DNA of 64,000 nt from Antedon mediterranea (Eukaryota > Animalia > Echinodermata): contig NC_092675.1 in NCBI RefSeq assembly GCF_964355755.1, positions 31,096,912-31,160,911 on the forward strand, given 5' to 3'. The notes below the pieces were generated by a model that saw only the letters and a program-made list of their open reading frames with translations, was not told the DNA's origin and did no database searches. How positions within the stretch are numbered: position 1 is the stretch's first letter; every line of letters starts with the position of its first letter. Shown one piece after another: positions 13,101 through 28,100 of this stretch. Both the position numbers and the translations under genes were made by a program.

Positions 13101-16100
13101 GGCCTATATGAAATTTAGTATATCAATATGATGTGATGTTACAATTAAAAACAAAATAGATTATACACTATAGTACAATTTAAAAATGATTTGTTTTTAA
13201 CAAATTGGGGTCAGGGGTCCTTACTTCAATGATAGTAAAATTAGTCATAATTAGTCCCCTAGCTCCAGAAGTCCCTAGATGGGTGCAGAAGATTCAATCT
13301 AGTTTTTACAATTGTTGTTGTGACTCAGCAGCAATAAAACTGTTTTCAAACAGAACTGAGTTTAGTTTGACACAATTTAGGTTATCCTCTCAAAGCAGAG
13401 GAAGTGGGATCTGCAGGGGATACCAACCGACTTCCTTTACACCTGACAAGTTTCTACCACAAGATTCAATTGACATACATACTATACCTCACTATTTTAT
13501 CCCAATTTTGATGTACGTATCAATTTTTGATTTCCTATTTGTCTGCATATTTTCATACTATTTATGTAATTTAACAATTTGGCATAAATAGCGAGGAGGA
13601 AGGGAAACCATTGGCCAATAGCCAAACACAAAGGTGGGTACGTTTATAGCAAAACTAGCCCGAAACAACATTTTCTTCTCTCCTATTCATCTGAATTTTT
13701 GATATCCTATTTGTCTGAATTTTTTCATACTATTTATTTATTAAAAATTTGGCATAAATAGCGCAAGAAGAAACCACTGGCCATTGGTGGGTACCTCTAC
13801 AAAAACGCTAGACTAGACTAAATTTCAAGTGAATAACCTCGGAATGTAAATCAATTTACTTTGTTTGTAGGTAATCCTATGACAAATCTAAAACAGTAAA
13901 TATTATAACAACTAAAAGCTTGAATGAAAATGAATAAAACATCAATTCTATCTGTTTTCTGTAAGGATTACCAGCTACTGTACCTACATCAAAGATATAA
14001 ACAACTTTTACCACAAACAGTTTGACCTTGACCTTAGTAATTTGAGGGGGAAAACTTGTTCCTCTTTTGCTTATCAAGTTGTCAACGCAACCCGCTAATT
14101 AGCAGTAGTTGGTTGCTTGTTGCATGACATACCATGCTTCGTTCAATTTATCCTTCTGTACAATTTTTTGACTTTTTTTGTGACTAATATGAACCTTCTG
14201 CTTGTGACCTCAGTTTATATTCAAGTAGAGAGTAGAGATTGGTAAGCAAATGTTCTATAAATTAAAGTGTGAATACTTTTGACATGCAGCTAGTAAAGCT
14301 CTGTCTACATTATCAAACTTTATGTGACAACAAAATGTGATGTACCCAAATATGATAGCGATATTCCCAAATATGGTAGTGATGTGACATCATCATGTTT
14401 ATATATTGGCACATCACACTTTTTTGACACATAAAGTTTGATAGTGTAGACAGAGCTTTAGATACCAAAAACAAAAAAAGGATTATTAGGTTGTGTAGTG
14501 GCTACATCAACCCAAAAAATTGTGTTTCTCGTTCATACGTTCTTTCTCAAAAAAATAACAATAGAAGGTGATTGACAAGACAACTTTTCTCTTTTGTTTT
14601 GACTTTGTCTCAGGATGTTATGCTTCTATAAGAAAACCACATTAAAATCTTTTCCAAGTGTTCCTTGCAAAAAAAATATAAGTAAACACTTTTTGGTGCA
14701 AGGTAGATCAATATTTTTGTGCGATGACTTTGTGAACATTTTAATGCTTCCTTCCTTCACCATCAAATATAACCATGAGTCAAGTTACTGTACAAAAAAA
14801 TTTAAGCAGTCAAAATCAATTTATTTTATAAAACATTCAGATACAGTCAGTCAATATTGTAAAGAAAAAAATCAGTTTAAACCAGTTATTGTATAAAAAA
14901 AAGAAGCAGATATCAATCACTATTGAATCAAATTGTTTTTTATGTTGTATATAATATAGAGATATTTTTGAAATAAAGTTATTTTCCATATTAATTATCA
15001 GTAAGTTTTGAAGGATAGCACTAGAGGATTGATTCTTTGTGAATTCGTCTTGCTTTTCCTAATGTTATATCATAGGCCTTATTTTTAAACATACCTTTTT
15101 TTTATTTATTATGCTATCAGTAATTATGAGACCAGTTCATACATCTGTGTAGCAATTTGCAAGTCATTTCATAAATTATACCACTTCATCGCATCTAGTA
15201 GTAGCTATAGTAAAATAGCGGCCACAGTAATTGTTGCCTATATATTTCCCACTATATCAAGTGTAGCTAGAACTACTGTAATCATGCGTCTTAGTAAATA
15301 GTACAAGATTTAAGTGTGGTAAGTAGCAAAATCCCATGGCAACTGTTTTGGATTATAGTTTTAGACACTATTCCTTAGAATAAACACATATTCAGCAGGA
15401 AACTGTTTGTCATTAACTTCAATGCCATATTTATCCAATTTATTCTGTTTAAATTTCTGGATATTTAATTGGGTGGTTTTCACTGGAGTCATTGTCAATA
15501 GTAATAATTTAATACATACTGATGAGAAAAGCATTTGCCAGTATATAAGTACAGATTGCTATATAGAAATATTATCAAACTATTTTCGTCCCGTATAGTG
15601 TCAAATATTTAAAACTTAACATCCTCAGTTCTGTCAGCTTGATAAATTAAGTCTTTACTTAGTAATGTTTTAGCACATTCCTCTAGTGGATCTCCCAGTG
15701 ACGTCACAACAAATCCATATTTAGATTTTGATTTTAACAGGTGCGCTTTTGAAAGAAGATGTCTCTTGTCGCCAATTACATCAAAGTGCTGATGTGTTAA
15801 TTGTTTTCATAGACATCCCAATTAGTTTGAAATTTCAACTCATAATGTGAAACTTTATTGTATAATAAGGAAAATGATCTTGCCATTGTTTCAATATTGA
15901 AAGTTAATGCATTAGGCTTTAGGTGAGCTTTTATCTGTAATAACAATGGTTACATTAAGATTGTAACATAGTCCCCTTCGCACCTTGATGCCCTCTGGCA
16001 AGTTTACATAGGTGACCATTAGATTGTAACATAGTCCCCTTCGCACCTTGATGCCCGCCCTCTGGTGGCAATTTCACATAGGTGACCATTATTATTATTT

Positions 16101-19100
16101 ATGTATCTTTTGTATTTTATTATCAGTTTTGTGTGAATATAAGGCATTCAATAGGTTAAAGCTCGCTTTAAGTTGTATAATGTTACATAATATATCTATG
16201 GCCCTGTTTCTGCTGCCAAGAAAATACCGTATTTTATACGGTATTTTTTGAATACCGTATATACAGTATACCGTATGTTTTTGCCAGCAGAAACTGCGCT
16301 CATAAAACAAATACCGTATTTTGTATACCGTATTTTCCCCACAAAATTTCTGGATAAAATACGGTATTTACAAATTTATACCGTATTTTTTGTACCCTTT
16401 TCTGCTGCCAATAAAAAATACTGTATTTTTTTTAACCTGTGACATGAGCTCAACACCGTGTTTTTATTTTCTGTCGCTGTCAGCTGTTTTACACACGTGT
16501 ATAGATATATTCGGCGAAAATGTGGAGCGAAGACGTCACAGTATTTACTATATAAATCTGTGTGGGGAAGCTAAAATGTCCGGCCAACTAAAAGGTAATA
16601 AAAGGGACAACCACATTTATAAAGACATTTCTAAAAAAAATGAAGCTGCAGGAGTACGGAATAGACTTGTCTCCAAAGCAAGTAAATTCAAAGCTGAAGA
16701 GCCTGCGAAGCAGTACAACATTGCAAAAGACAATAACTCGGGGAGGGAATGAATTACTTGTCCCCATTATGATGTTTTCTGTGCTCTCACAACATCTCTA
16801 TCACTAGGGCTAGGCTGTTGAAAGTGAGACGTAAAACTTCCTTTATTGCGACTTTTAATTATCGACCAAATATATGAATGGCAATTTGGGTAAAAAGGAT
16901 GAAATATAACACGACCACCCAAGAAGTATTGTTAGCAGAAACAGGGTATTAAAAAATACGGTATAAGAAATACCGTATTTTTGTACCGTATTTTGAGCAG
17001 TTGCAGCAGAAACAGGCCCTATGATTGAATAGTATAAATATACTGTAAGTTGTAACTTTTTATATATAAATACTAAAAATAAAAAAACCAAAAAAACTTT
17101 AGGCTGCAAAGATAGTTTTCTACTGAAACAAAATTGATATAGATTATTGTAACAATTGTAAAGAATGAAATAAAAGTGAGTGAATCTCACAAAAGACAAA
17201 AAAAAAAAGTTGTTGAGAGTGCTAAAGTGGTTGAGAATTTGCTTTTATTGAATAAAAAAAAACAAATCGCTTCAACCAATCAACAGGTGAGAATCCAAAA
17301 TTGTTCAACCGTTAGCCCTCATAGGCTCTCTTTTCCCAGACTTGCTTTGTGTCAAGCAACAAAATCCCAAAACTGTCAACCGTAGTAATAAGCTTTCATG
17401 ATGATACAGTTTCCTAACGATTCCATCCTCTTGAATATAACTGGCTAAAGGTGCGGCACAAAAACATTGTAATTTACAAGGTAAAAAACACACATGGTCC
17501 AATCATTAAGTTGCTTCATTTATACATATTGTAATACTGAGTATTGGAGGTCTTGCACCATCCTCCTAAATCACTTTCACTTACTAACCTGGTTGAGTGT
17601 TCTTCTCATCTGTAAGCTCTAATCCTAAAGTATTAACCCTAATCTATAACCTAGAACAACCCTGGATATTCATGGAAACTTTGTTATACTATTTAGTTAG
17701 ACAACCTGATTAAAAGGCTAAAGTTTTGAGAACCTGCTCGAGAATTGATAGATGAGACAATATATATATAATCACTTGCATGTTGAAATATAGAATTATC
17801 TCAACATTTAATACTAATAATATACATATAATATAGTAACTTGCACTGATGAAGGGCTAGTGTTGCCTGAAAGCTCTGCTAACTTTTCTGGCATTTATCA
17901 TTTTGATTTAGCTTTTCTGATACCCACAGCATTGTCATTTTGTATCTCCATTGAGATCCAGCTACTGATACCCACAGCATTGTCATCTTGTATCTCCATT
18001 GAGATCCAGCTACTGATACCCACAGCATTGTCATTTTGTATCTCCATTGAGATCCAGCTACTGATACCTACAGCATTGTCATTTTTTCAGTTATTTGCCT
18101 TTGGATTTATAATATAGTAACTAAATAGAGATGGTAAAATTTACAATTTTATTTGTCTTCTGCAAACGGGTTTATCGATTTTATAAACATCCTTCATATA
18201 ATTAAAATACTGAATATATTAATATTATATAAAACATTATATTTGAATTTGAGGCTAGTCTGGTTACTATCATGTCTGTTTAAATGAAATTGTTGTTAGC
18301 ATTATTGACTACAGAGAGATATGTCAAAGGTTGATGACCACTTCTTCTTCTTCTTCCTTCTTCTTTTCCACATAGTGTCAGCAGTGTTTCTCCTTTCCTT
18401 AAAAAAAGTGCATATATGTTTCTTTATTACTTAATCATCATAAATTCATTGTGGCTGTATAAAAGGTATGTTTACTTAACAGTGCAGTTTTCTCTATACT
18501 TTTATGCAATTAAATTGATTCCCTTTTGTTATTAAATACAATTTGTTTAACTTATCTAATATTTGAAATGTACACTTCTCAGTGATCAATGAATTTTAAC
18601 TGTTTTAGATAATTCAAAATTTAACTCTCATTTTTTTTTAAATATTTTTGTAACAAATAGATTCCATGTTGAATTGTAGCTCTGTAATGGCCAATTATTT
18701 AGCAAATAGTTTGACAAATTATAAAGTGTCGGTGGCACTGTAGTATAGCAATGTTCCTGCTGGTTGCCTATGGCTGACGTGTGCAATTGTGACTGCCGCC
18801 TTTGGCTGCTTTTGATGTCTGGTATAGATAGCCTTTGTGTAGACATGTCTTTACTAATTGAGGTAATGCCAATGACAAGCTCAGAATCATGTTCAGTTAT
18901 TAGTGCCTGTGATTTTGGGTGCAAAGACGATGCTTTGTTTATTTATCATTAATTTAACAAAATAAATGTACACACACACAGCTGTTATGTCTGCACAAGC
19001 CTACAAAATAGAAGCCTGGCCGTTTATTCTTATCTTTTATAAACTTTAACTATATAATCTTTATATAATTATTGAGCTGATAACTTGTGTTTTTATCGAA

Positions 19101-22100
19101 GCAATCTGCTATTTATAATAGATTTTAAATGTCTGATCCATGAGTTAAAATTAGTTTCTATTTTGTATTAGAATTATTGTGTTATCATTGATTTCAAGCT
19201 ACCGTGTATCTATCAGTCCCTTAACGTATTATCCACATCAGAGTTTTCAAGCTGAACATGCCGAGTCGTTGAATGAGACGTTTACTGCGAAGCCCGTCAG
19301 TAAGAAAGCATAGGATTGAATTATCTTACATTACATGCATTATGCTGAATTTACCCAAAGGAAATCACTTCGATATCAAGTAATCAAAGTTATATAGATA
19401 AAGATATTTGTTATATAAAATGTAATGTCTGCTCAACTATTTTAAATAATATTGTAAAATTGATACTAACTTTCCAATTTGAGCACAGTAAGTTGCAGTG
19501 TAAAGGATGCTTTACACATTCTCGTGTTTATATAATTATTATTTTTATGTATTTTTTATGTAGACCTATGTGTAGAGAATATTTATTGAATAAACGAAGA
19601 AGGTAAAAATATAGTATCTATCTTCAAATAAATCCTATCTAATGGGACAAAGTGTACAAATAATGCATCAGTCATTGACTGACAGTGAATCATGATTAAA
19701 TCAATTTGGGCAAGATACGTCATAATCCTGCAGACATCTGAGCATTCATCAAATTCTACCCTGGTAATATTGGACAAAACATGCCATAATCCTGCAGACA
19801 TCTGAGCATTCATCAAATTCTACCCTGGTAATATTGGTCAATCCTGCAAACATCTGAGCATTCATCAAATTCTACCCTGGTAATATTGGACAAAATATAA
19901 TATAATCCTGCAGACATCTGAGCATTCATCACATTCTATCCTGGTAATATTGGACAAAATATAATATAATCCTGCAGACATCTGAGCATTCATCACATTC
20001 TACCCTGGTAATATCGGACAAAACATGCTACTATAATCCTGCAGACATCTGAGCATTCATCACATTCTACCCTGGTAATATTGGACAAAACATGCCATAA
20101 TCCTGCAGACATCAAAGCATTTATCACATTCTACCCTGGTAATATTGGACAAAACATGCTACTATAATCCTGCAGACATCTGAGCATTCATCACATTCTA
20201 CCCTGGTAATATTGGACAAAACATGCTACTATAATCCTGCAGACATCTGAGCATTTATCACATTCTACCCTGGTAATATTGGGCAAGACATGCTATAATC
20301 CTGCAGACATCTGAGCATTCATCACATTTTACCCTGGTAATATTGGGCAAGACATGCTATAATCATGCATACATCTAAGCATTCATCACATTCTACCCTG
20401 GTAATATCGGACAAAACGTGCTACTATAATCCTGCAGACATCTGAGCATTCATCACATTCTACCCTGGTAATATTGGGCAAGACATGCTATAATCCTGCA
20501 GACATCTGAGCATTCATCACATTTTACCCTGGTAATATTGGGCAAGACATGCTATAATCATGCATACATCTAAGCATTCATCACATTCTACCCTGGTAAT
20601 ATCGGACAAAACGTGCTACTATAATCCTGCAGACATCTGAGCATTTATCACATTCTACCCTGGTAATATTGGGCAAAACGTGCTACTCTAATCCTGCAGA
20701 CATCTAAGCATTCATCACATTCTACCCTGGTAATATTGGGCAAAACATGCTACTATAATCCTGCAGACATCTGAGCATTCATCACATTCTACCCTGGTAA
20801 TATTGGGCAAGACATGCTATAATCCTGCAGACATCTGAGTATTCATCACATTTTACCCTGGTAATACATTCCAGACAGATTAATGATGTGTTATATTATT
20901 CAATTCATCTTCTATGGGGTTTAGCGGTATAATAAAAATTGTTCACATTGAAGTAGAAATATAACTTATAAATATGCGCAAAACTGTTTTGAGTAGCAGT
21001 TAGTACATTTGGTAAGGGAGAGGAATAATTGCTATTTTTTTAATGGTATTTTTAAAAAAATATTTAATTTTGAATGGGGTTAGGTATTGGTTTTAACATC
21101 ATTGTAAAATGGTTTATGACAATGTAATGTGTGTGAAGGAATAAATCAGTCATGTGATTACCAAATTATGATTAATTGATCAAAACATTTAAAGAAACAA
21201 CCAAACTTTTTACAGTAGGCCTATGATAAAAAGAAAGACTCTGAACTTTTTACATATGACAACTGGCAATGAAACTGCAAAAGTAAAAAGGGAAACTGAT
21301 TTGTACAGCAATAAGGGGACAGCCTTAAATGATAAACTGATTTGTACAGCAATAAGGGGACAGCCTTAAATGATAAACTGATTTGTACAGCAATAAGGGG
21401 ACAGCCTTAAATGATAAACTGATTTGTACAGCAATAAGGGGACAGCCTTAAATGATAAACTGATTTGTACAGCAATAAGGGGACAGCCTTAAATGATAAA
21501 CTGATTTGTACAGCAATAAGGGGACAGCCTTAAATGATAAACTGATTTGTACAGCAATAAGGGGACAGCCTTAAATGATAAACTGATTTGTACAGCAATA
21601 AGGGGACAGCCTTAAATGATAAACTGATTTGTACAGCAATAAGGGGACAGCCTTAAATGATAAACTGATTTGTACAGCAATAAGGGGACAGCCTTAAATG
21701 ATAAACTTATCAAGTTTGATTGAAAATACTACTTTTTGAAAACTTCTACAAGATTGACGAGTTTCAGCTGTTTTTCTTGGAAGCTAATGAAGGTGATATT
21801 GTGAATATGAAACAGACTTTAGGTTTGTTTGGAAAAGTACACTAACTCTAAAATATACAAAGGACCTGAGGCAACATTTTGTATTAATAGTATACAATTT
21901 ATAAAATTAATATCTTGTACCATCTGTGAAGCATGATGGGAAGACTTGAACCATTATAATCCTAAGATTGCTCCTTTTCCATCATTTGGAATTGTTGTTT
22001 TTTCTTCAGTAAATGAAAAATTTGTCTAAAATAGAATTCTTCAAGTTGCCAATCAAAACCTGGGATATAAGGTTTTTTTTCATACTTACCTGAGGCTAAG

Positions 22101-25100
22101 TCATTTGTATTTGCTTAGCCTGTTTTGGGAAAACATCGGAATGCTTTTGAAACCTATACCATTTTTCAATTCATCAGTCTTTGGAATTTGGTCTAATTTC
22201 TAACCACATAGGATTACGACTTTTTTTGCATTAATACTTCAGTGTTTCAGCAGTTTTATGTAGATATTTGGTAAAACCTCACAAGGCCCCTCTCTCTCTC
22301 AGCTTAGACGTTGACACAGGAGATAGATTGACCCTAATATTGCAGAAGTTATTGAAACATGTATCCATAGAGTTAATCTTCAGATTTTAGAAAGAATATA
22401 ATAAAGAATGAAGTGAACATTTTAACATACAGTAATTACATTAAAAGAATAAAAATAGAAATAATAATCAGTTGGGCAAACAAAAATTTAAGGAAAACTA
22501 AAAGGAAACAAACAAGATAGCCAGATTTACAAAGATAATTTAGTAGAAATTAAAGAAGAATACAGCGTGCAGACTTTTCGCCAAAAAAGGGCAATTAAAA
22601 AATGGAACGTATGTGAAAGGAGTAGGCTACAACATCCCCAAACAATTTATAGTCTTGTAAGGAATAACTTTTCCACTTTTGCAGGATCAAAAAGCACTTT
22701 GGGTAAACAATTTTAATAGACCAACTAAGATATTAGTTCTAGCAGAAACAGGATATTAAAAATATCGTATAGCATAAACGGACCCTAAATCAAATGTACT
22801 TGAAGGGTGTATTTCCTTTTAATTTGAACTTGAAAAGTGTAATTTGATACTCTGCCAGGACACCTATATTTTGAAGTTGATAGTATTACTTACCTTTAAT
22901 AATTGTGAATAAAGAACTCATAACAAATTAAATGTAATTTGATATAATCAAGTTAGTAACTTGAAAGGAGGTTCATCAGCTGTTTTATCACCAATTAAAT
23001 AGACTCATAGATCTTTTGCAAGATATTACAACAATCTAAACCAATGCTGTAATATCTATTATTGAATAAATACCTGAAGTATTCAGGAAAAGTTATAAGT
23101 GACAAAGTAAATAAATGTCAACAGAACTTGTTAATTTTTAAGGATCAGTTATTTACTATACATTTGAAGAGCAATAGTGTATGATGGAATATGTCTAGAC
23201 TTACAACATCGGGTTGTGTCCAAAGCCTGAAGTTTTTAAACGTTAAAACTATAACTTATGATGATATACTGTAATGACATCTTTATTTGTTTACATTGTT
23301 TATTAAAGTTTTCATTAATTGAATAAATGTGATATGATATGATATGTAGTTGTTTAATATATTTTTTTTTGATAATTCTTTTATGACTGCTTTCAGAGTA
23401 ATTTAATTTGTACTATGTTCTTAGAAAATAAGAATAAAATGTCTATGTTCAAATAAGATATATTCCCAGATTACCGATAAATTGTTGACCACCACCAGCA
23501 AGCCAAGAATTAGTTTGACTGGAAAATAATAATAAGTTTGAGTACTTAACATTATAAACACATGGTCATTGAGTTTGTGAAACAAAGCATATAATGTAAA
23601 AATAACTGTCTCTGTGAACTGTGAAACTTATATACAATACATGCAAATACTTAAGTATATACAATACATGCAAATACTTAAGTCATAGAAATTGCCAAAA
23701 TGTTTATAGTTTGTATATTTGTCTTGAATATGACAAAAGTTCCTTTAAGCATAACGTGTAATAGTTATCCTATAAGAACTGGGTGGTCTAACACCAGTCC
23801 ATTTGGATTTAAATATTGCATAGTTGATTAAACTGGATATCGTATTTGTATCTAGTTTTAATTTGTATATTGAATTAGTTAGACTTTCTTTGATCGATTA
23901 GTGAATTGTTACTAGAGGACTATATTAATTAACAAAGGAAAATTAACTGAATTAACAGAATTTACTCATTTTATAAAGAATACTGTACCTGTATATTTGA
24001 AAGTAACTTGCATTAAATGATGAAAGTATGTACTTAGGATTACCAACTTTTTGTTGTTTACATGTTTGTTCCTATCCTAATGGAGTGTTCGTAATAGGGT
24101 GTTCTTTCAACACGAATATAATGCTCTAACAAGTCTGTTATTAGCTACAGATGATATTGAAATTTCTTATGAATGAAAGGTTATATACTGTAGATATTAA
24201 CAGGTATTGAAATTGTAAATGGCATTGTCCTACCGTAGAGGTAAATTGACCCATGGCCCTACTGTACCTTCATATTTTCAGTAGTACATTTAACAATTTA
24301 TATCATAAAAGTTTGTATGAGAATAAATAGTGATATTTGTGTGCTGTTGTTTTAATAAAAACAAATTTAAACTGAAAAATATTGAGCATGCGCGAGTAGA
24401 GACAACGCCTAACTCTTACACGCAGGGAAAAAGATCTTAAATTCAGACTAAAGGTAATATATAGCCAACAAACTCTACTATTTTTAAAAGTTGTATACAC
24501 TAACTAAAAGAAGACTGCATGATGGCGACTAATAGGCCTACTAGGGCAAATACTAAATCAATTGAATTAACAAGAAAAGCTAGACCCTCCGAAAGTCTAG
24601 AAGCAGATGATCCAATCGAAGCCTCCGGCGATCGACAGGGGGAAACTCAAACGCTCGCCGATCAACTAGGTAGGCTATCAGAACAACTTAATGGTAAACT
24701 AGATAAAGTCCTAGAAAATCAAAAAAACTACAACAAAAGGCTTACCAAACTGGAAACAACTGTCAAAGATCTAGAAAAAAGTGTGGAATATGCGCATGAT
24801 TCAACTAACAAAACGAAGGAAGAAATAAAAAAAATTGGAAATGAAATCAAGAAAATGGAGGAGTATGAAAACAAAATGGCGGCTTATCAGGATAAAATGG
24901 CGGACATGGAAAATTCAATCCTAAAACAAGAAAGATACAGTAGGAGTTTTAATCTAAGGTTTGGAGGAGTTATAGAAAATGCTACAGAAAACACCCAGGA
25001 CTTATTGCAAAAAGTACTACGCGAAGAACTCGGACTCGAGGACATCGAAATTGAAAATTGCCATCGCACCGGGAAACGCCGTTTAGATAACAAACCGAGG

Positions 25101-28100
25101 CATATAATAGCTAAATTTCTGTATCGTCCACAAAGAAACCAAGTCCTAAAACTAGGAAAAGTAAAATTAAAAAGTAAATCACAAAACGTATTTATTACTG
25201 AAGATTTACCTGACGCGGACATGAAGAAAAAGAGAGAATTATCTACAATTATGGCGCAGGCATATGCCGAAAAACGTAAGCCCGTATTCAGAAATGGACA
25301 ACTGTTTATCGACGGTAAGCCATACAAGCCACTAAAATAACTATAATTAAGTTATTAAGCCAAATTAATTAATGTTCAATTGAACACAATTAATTAATGT
25401 TTATGAATTATATTTCATACCTACATTACCGCAGAGTCTATCATTGTCTTGTAGAACGTAGACTAATTATGTGATTGTAGTAGTATTTCTACCGTTATAA
25501 ATTGTAAATAAACGAAGTTTGTTTGTTTATGTCGCGCACCTGGCTGTTAGTGTTATGTTCTGGATATCTCTGTCCATTCAAACTTTAATTCATGTGACCC
25601 ACGGCAGGTGTGCGACGATAGTGTTACATAATGAGAAATACCAACAACAATTAAGTGGCTGTTGACGATGTAAGTTTCAACGTAGTTGTTTACCGGTAAT
25701 TCATCGATGAGTTACTGGGTTGATCAAACTCGTAAACGTTAAACACATCGTTTTAATGAAACACAACACAACTAAATGTATTTAAGTTATACTATCCGTA
25801 CTTTACTAGTGATGTATAATGACAAATTATAACAACATTAAGTGGCTGATGTGATTAATAAGTGTGCGCCGTTATTGAGACATCATGTTCTAGACCGTTT
25901 CAACGTAGCTGTTTACCGGCGATGTTTGACTTACCAGTGAGTAACGATAACTTGCCATAATAATACATTCTGGACATCGGTGAGTTAGATTGATCAACAT
26001 CTTTTAAGTTAACCAAATACTTAATTGGCGTCCATGATCATCATTATTGTTTCACTGCCTGTCGTTTAGTTGTTGTTGGTATGTCATGATAAAACAATTC
26101 ATATTACATTGTATATATTGTAATTTATTGTACATACTTGTTAACTTAGGCTATATAGTGTTAACTATTCTCTGCTGTAAGCAGCTTGCTCAATTTTATT
26201 CATTTGTCATTTCCTTTTCTGTCTAATTTAAATGTTTGAATGTGACCTTTTTGATAATGTAAATGTGAGCACAGAATATTTTAACGAAGATAACTTAATT
26301 TCTTCACTTGAACATTCTAATTTATCATCAAACTTTTCTATATTTGGACTAAACTGTCGTAGTGTTGTTAATAAGTTTGACTTAATCTCAAACTATTTAG
26401 ACTCACTCGTACATGCCTTCTCCGTCATTGCCTTCAGTGAAACCTGGTTAACCGAAAAAGATAATATTAATCTATACCAGTTACCAGGCTACAGTTTGAT
26501 TCACAATGATAGGAAAGATAAGAGAGGTGGTGGGGTAGCGTTCTATGTTACCAACAAACTAACATATATTATTAGAAATGATCTGTCATCTTGTATGACT
26601 GAAGCAGAGACTATTTTTATTGAGATTGAGTTAGAATCAGGAAATAATGTTATTTGTGGTATAGTTTATAGACCACCCTCACGTTCCTTGCAAAAGTTTG
26701 ATGATGAATTAACATGTGTAATGCAAATGATTAATCTAGAAAAAAAGAAAGCTTACCTTGTGGGAGACTATAACATAAACTTACTCCAACAATCTACCGA
26801 CAACACTATCCAATCACACTTAGACACAATATTTTCTCAGTCATTTCAGCCAATCATAAAAAGTCCTACTAGAATATCCGATAATTGTGCTTCAATAATT
26901 GATAACATTTATTGCAACATCGATTCTTTTACTACGTCCCTTAAAAGTGGAATACTTATTACTGATATTTCTGATCACTTCCCAATATTCTGTGTAGATA
27001 CTTTGGAAAAACATAATAAGCAATATCCTCGATTTGTATATAAACGACAATACTCTCCTCAACAAACGGAGTATTTTTTGCAAGAATTACAAAGTAATCA
27101 GTGGAATGATGTGCTATTCTCAAATAATGCGAATGTTGCTTATCAAAATTTTACAAACACTTTAAATAAAACAATTGATAATTGTTTCCCTTTAAAACGA
27201 ATTAGAAATAAGGCGAACAAGTTAAAATCTCCTTGGATCACAGCTGAAATTGCCAGAGCTATCTCTCAAAAACATAAATTATATAAAAAGTACAAACAAA
27301 ATAACACCACTACTAATAAAAGTACGTACATACATTTTAGAAACAAGTTAACCACTACTATTAGAAATCGGAAAAAAGAATATTATATGGTCCAGTTTGA
27401 ACGAAATAAACAAGATATTAAAAAAACGTGGACAATCCTAAATGATATAATGGGTAGGAAAAAGACTACCAATTTGCCTACAAAAATAAAATTGGGTACT
27501 GATACTTTCTCTGATAATGATGAGAAAGCTGATGCATTCAACTCTTTTTTTATTAATATTGGAGAAAAACTAAATAATAAATTTAGGCATGAATCTCAAA
27601 ATGAAGAAATCACCCACAGAACTTTCTTAAAGGGAAATTTTACCTCTTCAATGTTTTTTAAGCCTGTTACTGAACATGAACTTAACCACTATATTAAAAA
27701 CACAAAGAATACTTCTCCTGGCCATGATGGTATAAGTGCCCAACTCATAAAATCTGCTTCCCCGTTTATTTTAAAACCTTTATTGCATATTATTAATACG
27801 TCATTATCATCGGGCTGTGTCCCGGCTGATATAAAAATTGCTAAAGTTATCCCGGTATTTAAGAATGGTGACATCTCCGATATAAATAATTATCGGCCTA
27901 TTTCCATTTTACCCTTTTTTTCCAAAATATTTGAGAGGATTGTGTATGATCAAACGATTTGTTACCTCTCAAAATATAACGTACTGAGTAAAACACAGTA
28001 TGGATTTAGACAACACCATTCAACTAGTCATGCTTTAATACAATCGATTGAAAAAATCACAAACGCTATTGAGAATAAAGAGTTCACACTAGGAGTTTTC

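Larger units (their letters stand above)
17842..18107 (+). mobile_element. Short Penelope-like/retrozyme-like insertion with 15-bp target-site duplication
   Basis: TATAATATAGTAACT at 17827-17841 and 18108-18122; hammerhead motif at its 5' end; internal 48-bp tandem repeat. Confidence 0.7.

Noticed and set aside
13205-13591. 128-aa intronic ORF
   Set aside because: No domain-like features, overlaps a local duplication, and is not needed for the ADAMTS reading frame
15518-15545. Other CTGANGA motifs (also near 16694, 39779, 42848) as hammerheads
   Set aside because: No stem II followed by GAAA
24887-25327. 146-aa antisense ORF in LINE ORF1
   Set aside because: Shadow of the coding strand; no recognisable features
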